Shown: positions 18,625-27,716 of the stretch, one piece after another | How positions within the stretch are numbered: the stretch's first letter is position 1 | How the letters are laid out: each line of letters begins with the position of its first letter | Sequence record: MT133560.1 | Reading direction: 5' to 3' (one strand) | Length of the DNA: 64,000 nt | Made by a program: the position numbers and the translations under genes | Notes under the pieces: model-generated | Told to the model about the DNA's origin: nothing | Seen by the model: only the letters and a program-made list of their open reading frames with translations | Database searches by the model: none

Positions 18625-18999
18625 ATGGATTCATTAAAAATACAAAACATTCTCTTATGCAATAAAGCATTCAAGGCGATTGTCGAACATCCACTTCAGA
18701 TTAAATCTGATAGGTCTACTAGTATTCAAGTATTAAATAATGAATTGAATTATGGGTTGACTTATATCTTTCATGATGCTGATTCCACTAGAACTGTGAA
18801 ATTAACAGTACGTTACGGTAATGTAGTAATCTCATTAGTGGATAGTAATAATAGATTAGAAAAAGAATTTACCTTTGATAATGAAACTAGTTATCAATTA
18901 ATGGGTAAAATAGTTTATTGTTATTTACGTAAAAATAAAGATGATTATTATCGTGGATTAAGTGATAGTGGATATTTACAATGGCTAGGGATTACTTAA
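18625..18999 (+). CDS. Hypothetical protein
   Basis: 124 aa ORF. Confidence 0.7.
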   Translation: MDSLKIQNILLCNKAFKAIVEHPLQIKSDRSTSIQVLNNELNYGLTYIFHDADSTRTVKLTVRYGNVVISLVDSNNRLEKEFTFDNETSYQLMGKIVYCYLRKNKDDYYRGLSDSGYLQWLGIT

Positions 19000-19000
19000 T

Positions 19001-19363
19001 ATGCTATTTAATAAAGTTATCCGATATTTTAAAAGAAGGCGGTGTAATACGTCTGAATTAATTGAGATTAATGAACTTATATTAAAAGCAGCTAGGCGAC
19101 AGAATTATGATCTAGGCCATTTAATTAGTTATCTTGGTGATGGCAATGATCCAAAATTTATTGATTTTATAAAGAAAGAATATTCTGAGATACACGCTTA
19201 TTACAATTCCGTATTCAACCCAGCTGACTTCGGTAAAAACTATAAGACAAAGTTGCATTCTGATCTATTAGAAGCTGAAACTAAATTAAATAAGTTTAAA
19301 GAATTATGTAAAAAACATAATATCGACTATTCACACATTGTTGAAGATGAAATACCTTTCTAG
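19001..19363 (+). CDS. Hypothetical protein
   Basis: 120 aa, acidic DEIPF C-terminus. Confidence 0.7.
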   Translation: MLFNKVIRYFKRRRCNTSELIEINELILKAARRQNYDLGHLISYLGDGNDPKFIDFIKKEYSEIHAYYNSVFNPADFGKNYKTKLHSDLLEAETKLNKFKELCKKHNIDYSHIVEDEIPF

Positions 19364-19374
19364 GCGGAAATAAA

Positions 19375-19737
19375 ATGGAATTAATCAGTGTCAGCTCAAT
19401 GGCATTATTCTTTGGTTTAATTGTAGCACACTTCATCTTTGATTTTTCATTGCAAAATGATTTTATTGCAAAAGCTAAAAATCATACCACTGAACTAGGT
19501 TCTCTATATTGGAAATGGGTATTACCCGCGCATAGTTTTATGCATGGCGGTGCAGTTTATTTCATCACTGGTTCATTAGTTTTAGGACTTATTGAAACAA
19601 TTGCTCATTGCATTATTGATTATTTAAAATGTGATAATAAAATTACATTTAATCAAGATCAGTGGTTACACATTGGTTTTAAACTGATGTATACTTATCT
19701 AATTGTTTATGAAGTACCTTTTGTAATGTACGGCTAA
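19375..19737 (+). CDS. DUF3307-like membrane protein
   Basis: AHFIFDFSLQ..HSFMH..HCIIDYLK..DQWLH His/Asp pattern in hydrophobic helices. Confidence 0.75.
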   Translation: MELISVSSMALFFGLIVAHFIFDFSLQNDFIAKAKNHTTELGSLYWKWVLPAHSFMHGGAVYFITGSLVLGLIETIAHCIIDYLKCDNKITFNQDQWLHIGFKLMYTYLIVYEVPFVMYG

Positions 19738-19748
19738 AGTTATATATT

Positions 19749-19773
19749 ACCCTCTCCTTCGGGAGAGGGTTTT
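19749..19773 (+). terminator. UUCG-loop terminator
   Basis: accctctcc-ttcg-ggagagggt-ttt. Confidence 0.8.
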
Positions 19774-19878
19774 ATGTTTAATATTTTTTTTGTTAAGTTT
19801 TATTACCCAATCTGATAGGGCTATAATGGAGTTTAGTCTTGTGGAAGTTTATAAAACCCTATTGGGAAGAGAACTACA

Positions 19879-20367
19879 ATGGTTATTACACATCAAACGG
19901 TAGACCAGATAGATACACAAGTGAGTTTAGGTTTACCTATTGGTTACTATGGTGCTAATGATGATCTATCTACATTGATTAGGATGATTGGTGATTGGAA
20001 CATCAGACCCATTGAAGAGCGTAGGACACCAGGTACAGGTTATATTGTAGCTGTCCCATCGAATACTCGTACACGAGTGATTTACACTGCTGGTCGTAAG
20101 AAATGGCTAGAAGCATTAGATTTTAGCCCCGAATTAGCTGAGAAGTATATTCGTGCTTGTAGTGCAATAAAACGATGCTGGGACCACGATGTCGCAACCT
20201 TTGTCCTGACACATAATAAAATTAGCGACGAATTACTTAAAGAATTGATGAGTGTTGAGAATCCTAAAGCTGTACTCAATCACTATAAAATTCCTGTAAA
20301 GATTTCTAGAAATAGAATAATTGCAGCTTGTCAAATAATCTTCAATATTCGTGGACTAAAAGTCTAA
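19879..20367 (+). CDS. Hypothetical protein
   Basis: 162 aa ORF. Confidence 0.75.
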   Translation: MVITHQTVDQIDTQVSLGLPIGYYGANDDLSTLIRMIGDWNIRPIEERRTPGTGYIVAVPSNTRTRVIYTAGRKKWLEALDFSPELAEKYIRACSAIKRCWDHDVATFVLTHNKISDELLKELMSVENPKAVLNHYKIPVKISRNRIIAACQIIFNIRGLKV

Positions 20368-20457
20368 TACTTTTATAGGAGAGAACCATGATGGTTCTCT
20401 CTTTTTGACGTAAGTGCATTATTGTTATGATAAGACTTTCGTACAAGGAAAACTACT

Positions 20458-20889
20458 ATGTTACTTTTTGTTGATACAGAATTTGATACGCCTACTGGTA
20501 CTCTTATTTCACTCGGTATTGTTAGTGAAGATCGACGTTGTGAATTCTACGAAGTTCTACCATATGACAATATTGAAGATGAATGGGTTAAAGAAAACGT
20601 TATTCCTATTCTTCAAAAAGAACCAATCTCTTTAGAAGAATTCCATGATAGACTAGCCAAGTTTCTTGGTCAGTTTGCTCGATTACATTTTATAGCTAAT
20701 CATGTTAACGATATGGTTTACACTGGTAAAGCTATGGATATGGGTAAAGGTAAACAAGTTGTTGAGTTACCAACTATATTTGAATTAAATCATGAGCTAA
20801 GTGGAAAAGGTTCTAAAATGCTTCACAACGCACTATTTGATGCTCGTGCAACTCTAGATGACTGGGAGCGTTTAAATGGTGTGAACTAA
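20458..20889 (+). CDS. DEDDh 3'-5' exonuclease
   Basis: FVDTEF ExoI motif, LISLGIV, HNALFDA ExoIII motif. Confidence 0.8.
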   Translation: MLLFVDTEFDTPTGTLISLGIVSEDRRCEFYEVLPYDNIEDEWVKENVIPILQKEPISLEEFHDRLAKFLGQFARLHFIANHVNDMVYTGKAMDMGKGKQVVELPTIFELNHELSGKGSKMLHNALFDARATLDDWERLNGVN

Positions 20890-20908
20890 CCTTTTTGGGA
20901 TAGCCATC

Positions 20909-21568
20909 ATGACTAACACCTTTGAGAAGATGTCAGGCGACAAATATAGAAAAAGTCGTCCAGAAATCGTACTGCGTTTGCTGATCGCAACCAGTTTTCC
21001 TCAATCCGTTTTAGCCGATTTGACTTTTGATATTACTAAGCAAGTTGGTATTACTGATAACGATGAATTAGAGAAGATTGCTAATGACATGCGTGATGTT
21101 GAACGTAAGTTTGACATGACTGATTTCGTTAGATGTATTGATCTACGTCGTAATGGTAATGACGTAAATATAACTGTTAATTGTTGGGATTTTGATCCAC
21201 GTGCTAAAACTATCGAGGATCGTGCAGAAAATCATGAATTCCTGGCAAACAGTAATATTACCTTACATTCACCAGAAGCAGATTTTAATGATCCACGTGA
21301 ACTGGCTAGTAAATTAGTTGGACTATTTTTTCGTAGCAAGATAGGTCAAAAGCCGTCAGCTAGTAATTTTACTAAGGGATGGAAAATTCTTAGTAAACCA
21401 ATTAGTAAATCTAAAAATACAGGTGATATAGAATCAATCGATCTAGTTGATGCTATTGAACTAGTAGCTCAGAGTTTAGCTAAACGTAGGTTTAACATTA
21501 AAATTACCACAAGCGCTATTTTATTACTTGATCAGAAAAGACGGTTATTTAATATAACGCGTGGTTAA
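20909..21568 (+). CDS. Hypothetical protein
   Basis: 219 aa ORF. Confidence 0.8.
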   Translation: MTNTFEKMSGDKYRKSRPEIVLRLLIATSFPQSVLADLTFDITKQVGITDNDELEKIANDMRDVERKFDMTDFVRCIDLRRNGNDVNITVNCWDFDPRAKTIEDRAENHEFLANSNITLHSPEADFNDPRELASKLVGLFFRSKIGQKPSASNFTKGWKILSKPISKSKNTGDIESIDLVDAIELVAQSLAKRRFNIKITTSAILLLDQKRRLFNITRG

Positions 21569-21574
21569 AACAAC

Positions 21575-21606
21575 ATAATGCCCTCCCATTGCGGGAGGGC
21601 TTATGC
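21575..21606. terminator. Bidirectional terminator between convergent genes
   Basis: cataat-gccctccc-attgc-gggagggc-ttatg. Confidence 0.8.
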
Positions 21607-21608
21607 CG

Positions 21609-23558
21609 TTAAACTTTTACAAGTTTATCATTTTCTATTTTCCAATTAGCATGGAAAGAAATTGGTTGACCAGTGGTCTCATCAAGAATGTCACCAGTCT
21701 TTAACCTATTTTTAATAGCTCGGTTATTTCCAAAGAATGGAACTAGTTTAGCTACTGTTACATCAGCTAATCCTGGATCTTTCATTACATACCAGCCAGG
21801 TGTTGAAGCCAGTTCATCATACTGGACAACTTTAGAAGTATCTGCAAAGATAACAATATCACCATGTCGTCCGTTCTGGACACGTTGTGATAGTTTACCC
21901 CATGTGGAGTTATTATCATAAACATATACATTAGCTGTATTTAATGTCTCACCAAGGAATGTACGGCGTAATGCAGTCAATACTATTGGTTTTATATTAA
22001 TACCATTCTTATATGCATTCTCTACACGATACATATACTTGACCATGCTAAGATTAATATATTCATAAATTTTAGCTTTACTTATCCCTTTATAATCATC
22101 CCATGCCATTGTACCTATAAGGGATGCTTCATTATAAAGAGAAGCAGGTTTTGAACTAAGTACCACTTGATGCTGCATTGTGTAAGTATAGGGTACACGT
22201 ACGTTAATACGTATTTGATCATTATCATGGATTAAAAGAGTTGATCCATGAGTTATCAGATCCCACTGAGTAATGCCCTGACTAAATAAGAATGATCCAA
22301 CTAAATAACCATTTATTTGAATATCGCCTAGATAATCCTGATGGTCAGTGCCATTCGAGTAACCTAGATTAAGATCAAAATAACGCTTAGCTGTTAGTAT
22401 CTGAGTAGTATCAATAGCTTGGCCATTATCACGTGCAACAAAGATACCATCATCTACACCAACTTGGAATCTAAATGAAATAGCATACGGTTTATTAGGA
22501 TTTTCAGATGTCGTACAAAGAAAATTGTAAATGTACTCGCCAGTATGATCGAAGGTAAATTCAGGAATATCTTCTTTGTTATACGCTGGGAAAGTAACAA
22601 GCTTAATCTCACTTTCACTTGAATCACCTTTGATAACAAAGTCAGTTACTTGACCATTACCAATAGATTTATTCATACCTGTAAACAAACCAGATGATGC
22701 AGCTTTTGGTGACCAGCTTAGCATCTGATTTACAGTATATTGAACATCTGACCTATCAACAACACCAGAGAAATAAGAACCAAAATTAAAGGCTAGTCTA
22801 TTAGCGGTAAATGCAAAACTACCATTATTTTCTTTAGCATCTTCAATATTAGTGTAATCTCTTGAAGCAGAATCAGTTATAACAAAGATACCATTACCCG
22901 ATTTACGCCAAGTAGCTAGATTATCAATAGTCGCCTGACTCACTCTTTCAGGAGTTAATGCACCAGTATTATGATCTTTAGTAGAGAATAGAATACATGC
23001 ATAATACTTATTAAGATCTGTTAAAGTAAGGTCTACTGTGCCACCCATCATTTCTGGGTAATAAACATCATAGGTAGAATCTTGTACACGAGCAGCCGTA
23101 TCTAGTATCTTTTTAAAACCATTACCTGACGTATTGAGGACTGAATAAGGTTCACTAGGATTACTATCTGTGATTACTAAGAATTTCTTTCCAGTTGATT
23201 CGTACTTACTACCATTCCTAATAAACCCAATAGCATTATAAAAATATCTTACCCATCCCCATAGATCTTGAGGGTTTGTTGTATTAGTCGGAATTTGGTA
23301 AGTATCATAGTTTAAATTATAGAATTTTGGAAAACTACAATCATAAAGAACATTACCAGTGCCATCTTGCACAACAGCAATAAATGGACTACCACCTGTT
23401 GCAGGGTCACCATCATAAGCAATGTATTCAGAGAGCACCGGAGGTAACTCCGGGCTCACTGTATAATACACCTTCTGAATATCTGAACTAAAGTTAAATT
23501 TAACTTTAGAGTTTAGTGCCACAGGACCCGGCACTTGCGACGGGACAATAGAAGGCAT
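21609..23558 (-). CDS. Large putative virion protein
   Basis: 649 aa, last gene of a minus-strand three-gene cassette; AGGAG RBS; function inferred from phiKZ synteny only. Confidence 0.6.
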   Translation of the reverse strand: MPSIVPSQVPGPVALNSKVKFNFSSDIQKVYYTVSPELPPVLSEYIAYDGDPATGGSPFIAVVQDGTGNVLYDCSFPKFYNLNYDTYQIPTNTTNPQDLWGWVRYFYNAIGFIRNGSKYESTGKKFLVITDSNPSEPYSVLNTSGNGFKKILDTAARVQDSTYDVYYPEMMGGTVDLTLTDLNKYYACILFSTKDHNTGALTPERVSQATIDNLATWRKSGNGIFVITDSASRDYTNIEDAKENNGSFAFTANRLAFNFGSYFSGVVDRSDVQYTVNQMLSWSPKAASSGLFTGMNKSIGNGQVTDFVIKGDSSESEIKLVTFPAYNKEDIPEFTFDHTGEYIYNFLCTTSENPNKPYAISFRFQVGVDDGIFVARDNGQAIDTTQILTAKRYFDLNLGYSNGTDHQDYLGDIQINGYLVGSFLFSQGITQWDLITHGSTLLIHDNDQIRINVRVPYTYTMQHQVVLSSKPASLYNEASLIGTMAWDDYKGISKAKIYEYINLSMVKYMYRVENAYKNGINIKPIVLTALRRTFLGETLNTANVYVYDNNSTWGKLSQRVQNGRHGDIVIFADTSKVVQYDELASTPGWYVMKDPGLADVTVAKLVPFFGNNRAIKNRLKTGDILDETTGQPISFHANWKIENDKLVKV

Positions 23559-23568
23559 TTCTCACTCC

Positions 23569-24039
23569 TTACGGGGTATACACGGGAATATCAGCCGTCT
23601 TAATAGGTGAGTCAACTCGAATATAATAAGTGATTGGTACAGACAGGCTATACCCACGGATATTTAAAATCCCTGTAGATGAATCGAGATCCCAACCAAT
23701 ACTAGCAGAAGCGCTAATAAGCTTACCACTAGTAGGACTAGTAGTTTCAGGGTCGATAATCTTGAGATCAACGATGGATGTAGCCAGAGTATAATCACCC
23801 ATAGAAGTAATAACTTTGGAAAGATCATAAGTAACTACATCTCCTGGGTTTAATGTACCAGTTTGAAATAGAATTGGTTTTAAACCAGTACTAGGACCTG
23901 GACCAGGGCCACCACCAGATTCTAGGATGGTTGTTACTTTGTCAACCCACCTTAAAATCGCATTATACATTTCTTCACTGGTGGCTTCAGGCCCAAGAAT
24001 AAGATCTTCACCAGTATTAGATGAATGTGGATCAGACAT
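23569..24039 (-). CDS. Putative virion protein
   Basis: 156 aa with GGGPGPGP linker; AGGAG RBS. Confidence 0.6.
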   Translation of the reverse strand: MSDPHSSNTGEDLILGPEATSEEMYNAILRWVDKVTTILESGGGPGPGPSTGLKPILFQTGTLNPGDVVTYDLSKVITSMGDYTLATSIVDLKIIDPETTSPTSGKLISASASIGWDLDSSTGILNIRGYSLSVPITYYIRVDSPIKTADIPVYTP

Positions 24040-24050
24040 TTCTGTCTCCT

Positions 24051-26162
24051 TTAAAACCGCATATATGCGGGCTGATATGGTTTATACATACGTGTATCAA
24101 AGTCATTAAAATCAATTGCGATATCATACTTCTCAAATGATTCTTTTAGCATCTGATAAATGATTTTATTTTCATCAAAATTATTATTTTTATCAACATA
24201 ACTTTCTAATGACTCTGTGATCTCAAATGGAGATTTAATACCCATAATAGCTTCAACCATTGCCTGACTCCATTTTAGAATGTCATCTGACCTTGTTGAG
24301 ATATTCGGTTCATCTTCTGTATCGAGAGTACATTGATATACGACTGTTTGTGAATCCTGACCTTTACGGTAAATTCGAGCAATAGCTTGTTCTAGAATGT
24401 AATGCCTAAACGGTGAATTAATTGTCACCATAGTATCAGCCATCGTCATACGGACCGCTGTTGAAAGGGAAGCATATGTAGCTACCAATGGATTTAATTT
24501 AGGGTCTTTCTCAAATCTACTGATTATTTGAGGTAAATTGTCATTGGTTTTACCATACACCACCGCCGGATGCATACCTAATTTATTGGTGTACTTATCA
24601 ACAGTATCAACAACCTCAACAAACGATGTAAATGCAATCGTTTTCTTCATAGTTGATTCAGTGATACCAACCCAGTCAATATACGGTACCATGTCCACAT
24701 GGCACTGAATGCGTTTAGCACCTAAAACCCTTCCCAAACATTCACCTTGTATCTTTAGCATAACGTATTTTATAACTGATTTAATATCTCTAAAAGCAGC
24801 TATTTCATTACGAGGTAAAGTTGGCTCTATAAACATTTTTTCATATTGGTTAGATTCTTTAATTTCTTCACCAATGTATCGCGGGTCTTGATTCTTCTGA
24901 ATTATTTTAATCAAATTCTTATAGCGAGCGAAACCATCTTTCTGCGCCTGGGTCTTAAGAGAGTTCTCGTGTATCGCCATTAGTTTAGCCCAATACTTCT
25001 CATCTTCTGGTCGGCGCACAGCATAGAACTTTACACGTTCTCTAATAAAAGCTTCACAATCACGTTTAATGGCATTAAGAGTATACTGTGATCCATTTGG
25101 TATCTTGATACGATACGCTTTTATCCTCGGTGGTAAAACCTCAGTATCTTTCTTTTCAATGACGTACGCAATTAACCCAAAGCGATGTTGGACAATATCT
25201 AATCCTTTCTGTGTCTCTTTTCCAAATGCTTTCTTAAAACGTTCTTCAACCTCATTGGTGAAGAGATCGTCTAATACTCTTAATGCACTTACTAATTCAG
25301 AACCAAGTGCTTTAACAGGGGTACCTGACGCTAATAATCTGTTATTAGAGTTAGACATAAAACATATTTGCTGGAACTTAAGAGATTGTGCAGAATTAGG
25401 ATCGTTCATATTGTGTGATTCATCCAGAATCACCGTAATGTTCTTACCTTTGAATATACCGCTTCTTAATAGATCAATTATTTTATCTTGCGCCTGGTAA
25501 TGGGATATAAGTATTCTTTGACCGTTGTAGGCTTTATCATCAATGGTCGACCATACTTTTTGTCTTTCCTTATACATCTCAATAATAGATGGCTTCCATA
25601 TTAGATCAATAGACTTCTTTTCACAAACAACTATAATGATATCCGACTCAACCATTTCAGCAATAGCCATCGTCATGAATGTCTTACCAGTACCAGGTTT
25701 ACCTGCAACAATATCACCACGTAAACCATACTGGTCAATTCGATAATTATAATTTTCAAAATAAGCTTTTTGAGACTCATCTGGTGTAAATGTCAATTTG
25801 TCTAACATCTTGAAATTGAGTCTACCTGGTACAGAGTTGGTATCTACAGGACGAGTATTTTTTAACCAGGTATATTGAAGCATTGCTTCACGGATGGCAT
25901 TAACAGTTTTAATAGAGATGTATCTACTTCTATAATTCTTTACTGCTTCTAGCATGTAATATATTTCAGGAGCAAAGAATTTATAAAATGAAATACTACG
26001 ACGACTAACCGTGTTAAATAACTGCGTAGCTAATTTAGTGGTTCGCCAATACTTGTTAATATCTCTAATGAATGCAGCACCATCAAAACCACTGATGATA
26101 ATTTCTTGATCAGTTTCAGTAATTGATAGCGAGCCCATTAGCTTCCTAAATGAGTCTATCAT
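24051..26162 (-). CDS. SF2 (SNF2/DEAD-like) helicase
   Basis: GKPGTGKT Walker A, LDESH motif II, SGTP motif III, QAIARIYRKGQ motif VI. Confidence 0.9.
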   Translation of the reverse strand: MIDSFRKLMGSLSITETDQEIIISGFDGAAFIRDINKYWRTTKLATQLFNTVSRRSISFYKFFAPEIYYMLEAVKNYRSRYISIKTVNAIREAMLQYTWLKNTRPVDTNSVPGRLNFKMLDKLTFTPDESQKAYFENYNYRIDQYGLRGDIVAGKPGTGKTFMTMAIAEMVESDIIIVVCEKKSIDLIWKPSIIEMYKERQKVWSTIDDKAYNGQRILISHYQAQDKIIDLLRSGIFKGKNITVILDESHNMNDPNSAQSLKFQQICFMSNSNNRLLASGTPVKALGSELVSALRVLDDLFTNEVEERFKKAFGKETQKGLDIVQHRFGLIAYVIEKKDTEVLPPRIKAYRIKIPNGSQYTLNAIKRDCEAFIRERVKFYAVRRPEDEKYWAKLMAIHENSLKTQAQKDGFARYKNLIKIIQKNQDPRYIGEEIKESNQYEKMFIEPTLPRNEIAAFRDIKSVIKYVMLKIQGECLGRVLGAKRIQCHVDMVPYIDWVGITESTMKKTIAFTSFVEVVDTVDKYTNKLGMHPAVVYGKTNDNLPQIISRFEKDPKLNPLVATYASLSTAVRMTMADTMVTINSPFRHYILEQAIARIYRKGQDSQTVVYQCTLDTEDEPNISTRSDDILKWSQAMVEAIMGIKSPFEITESLESYVDKNNNFDENKIIYQMLKESFEKYDIAIDFNDFDTRMYKPYQPAYMRF

Positions 26163-26229
26163 TGCATTTTTCCTTAAGGGGTATGTAAATATAACTCTAA
26201 GTCATAAGATTAGCTAACGAATAAAAATA

Positions 26230-26395
26230 CGCACAGTGCAATGATATAGAGCAAGGCAGTTTGCGTAAAACGCACTGCACTTTAAGGGGGTGATCCAGTC
26301 GTAAATAAACCGGGGTACTAAAGTATCGTCAGGAACGACACGAACCCCAACTACGGTGCCTTGCTACTCACCGACCTCTAGATAGGGGTCGGACC
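26230..26395. ncRNA. Candidate structured ncRNA with complementarity (plus strand) / similarity (minus strand) to the 16S rRNA 3' end
   Basis: ORF-free, GC-rich, nested stems (agcaaggca/tgccttgct, ggggt/acccc, ccgacctct/aggggtcgg); 26283-26303 is 18/21 identical to the reverse complement of the 16S 3' end; transcription not shown. Confidence 0.6.
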
Positions 26396-26404
26396 TATTA
26401 CATT

Positions 26405-26431
26405 AAAGGAGCCCACCAGGGGCTCCTTTAT
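26405..26431. terminator. Terminator-like hairpin
   Basis: taaaggagccc-acca-ggggctccttta. Confidence 0.75.
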
Positions 26432-26447
26432 GCCATTCATTATAAAT

Positions 26448-26467
26448 TAATTTAAATCTATATTACA
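26448..26467 (+). promoter_or_regulatory. Early promoter (TATATTAC)
   Basis: tttaaatctatattac; core at 26459-26466. Confidence 0.7.
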
Positions 26468-26512
26468 GGATTACCATAAAGATATTTATCCTTTTATAAT
26501 GAGGAAAAGATT

Positions 26513-26908
26513 ATGTCCGATATTAATAGCACCAATGTAACAGATGAATTAGTACCTTATTTTCCATCGGCGGATGCCATTACTAGTTCTACTATTAGGG
26601 ATGAAGTAATTCCTAATATTTTGTTATTCTACAAGAATGCTTTTAGTGACTTCCAACACGTTAGTAATATCACAGGTACTAACCAGATTGCATCAGGTTA
26701 TTTACCAGGTGTAGGTTATTATTTCGAGTATAGTGTTACCGGTAATGCTAATCTTATTCCACCTGAAGCAATTAAAGTATTACGTAATGTAATCACTAAA
26801 AATGGATATAAAGATGACATTACCATCACACCAAAAGGTTTTGGCCTAATCAATTGGTTCATTGTAAGAGTATACGTAGATGAGCAAATTAAGAAGACTA
26901 CTCAATAA
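26513..26908 (+). CDS. Hypothetical protein
   Basis: 131 aa, GAGGA RBS. Confidence 0.8.
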   Translation: MSDINSTNVTDELVPYFPSADAITSSTIRDEVIPNILLFYKNAFSDFQHVSNITGTNQIASGYLPGVGYYFEYSVTGNANLIPPEAIKVLRNVITKNGYKDDITITPKGFGLINWFIVRVYVDEQIKKTTQ

Positions 26909-27056
26909 AGAATTAGAAAAAGAGTTAGTTAAAAAACTAGATTTTCTAGAACGTGATTTTAGAGCTATAAAAGAAGTTATCAAAACTGGAAAATATCCTG
27001 ATCCTGTTAATCCGAATCGCAGACAAAGTGATTATGATTTATCTTTTAATAATTAA
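26880..27056 (+). CDS. Small hypothetical protein (58 aa, below the track cut-off)
   Basis: MSKLRRLLNKELEKELVKKLDFLERDF...; fills the gap between neighbours. Confidence 0.55.
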   Translation: MSKLRRLLNKELEKELVKKLDFLERDFRAIKEVIKTGKYPDPVNPNRRQSDYDLSFNN

Positions 27057-27072
27057 CCTATAAGAGGATGCT

Positions 27073-27474
27073 ATGGAAATCACATTTCCATCTGTAAAAG
27101 AAGTAATGACAACTGATCCAGCATTTATTGATTTGGTTCTGAAAAGTAAATTACTTACTATCCGTAAAGCAATGATTGATGTTATTCGAAACATTGAGAA
27201 TACATCACTAGCATCTAGTAGGCTTGTTAAACAGAAAAGCTATCCATATCAAACTACTTTCGAACTTGTATTTAACCCAAAGGTTTTTAAATGGTTTGAT
27301 AAAACAGATGCTATCAATATTAAAAATATTCTTCATGCTGAAGTAGTTAACCAGGATTGGGAGAGTATTGATATTTCTTATAATGGTAGGGATATACATG
27401 GTTTTGAAAAAGTGACTATTGTATTAACTCCTATGAAAGATGAAGCTATTAAATATGATCTTTCAAAAGCATGA
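27073..27474 (+). CDS. Hypothetical protein
   Basis: 133 aa, GAGGA RBS. Confidence 0.8.
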   Translation: MEITFPSVKEVMTTDPAFIDLVLKSKLLTIRKAMIDVIRNIENTSLASSRLVKQKSYPYQTTFELVFNPKVFKWFDKTDAINIKNILHAEVVNQDWESIDISYNGRDIHGFEKVTIVLTPMKDEAIKYDLSKA

Positions 27475-27490
27475 ATTAAGATAACATATA

Positions 27491-27520
27491 CCCTCCCCTT
27501 TATTGGGGAGGGATTATTTA
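27491..27520 (+). terminator. Intrinsic terminator
   Basis: ccctcccc-tttatt-ggggaggg. Confidence 0.7.
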
Positions 27521-27716
27521 CTTATATGTTTAATAGAATAAGGACTCTACCTTGGAATAATGCTAATGCTCTTCACCAGAGAAAAGAGATATATAGATAG
27601 ACGTATTACACATTATCAGGTTGAGTAGTAAATTAAAACAACCAATAATACGTTATTCAATATTGAAATAGTTGTTATAAAACATTTATATTAATCTAAT
27701 ACAGGAAATAAAGAAA

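Noticed and set aside
26228-26260. c-di-GMP-I riboswitch (acgcacagtgcaa resembles its 5' end)
   Set aside because: The GNRA loop/receptor and downstream conserved core are missing.
26283-26303. An actual rRNA gene fragment or host/primer contamination
   Set aside because: The match is split by a structured insert and carries several substitutions and indels, it is embedded in phage context, and no other rRNA sequence is present.
26284-26320. AAGGGGGTGA as a strong RBS for a small ORF
   Set aside because: No ATG, GTG or TTG at a usable spacing downstream (tccagtcgtaaataaacc).
26322-26333. Hammerhead ribozyme (CUGACGA on the minus strand)
   Set aside because: No GAAA after stem II and no three-way junction.
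26880-27056. Suspected frameshift after ORF 26513
   Set aside because: Re-reading shows an intact 58-codon ORF.
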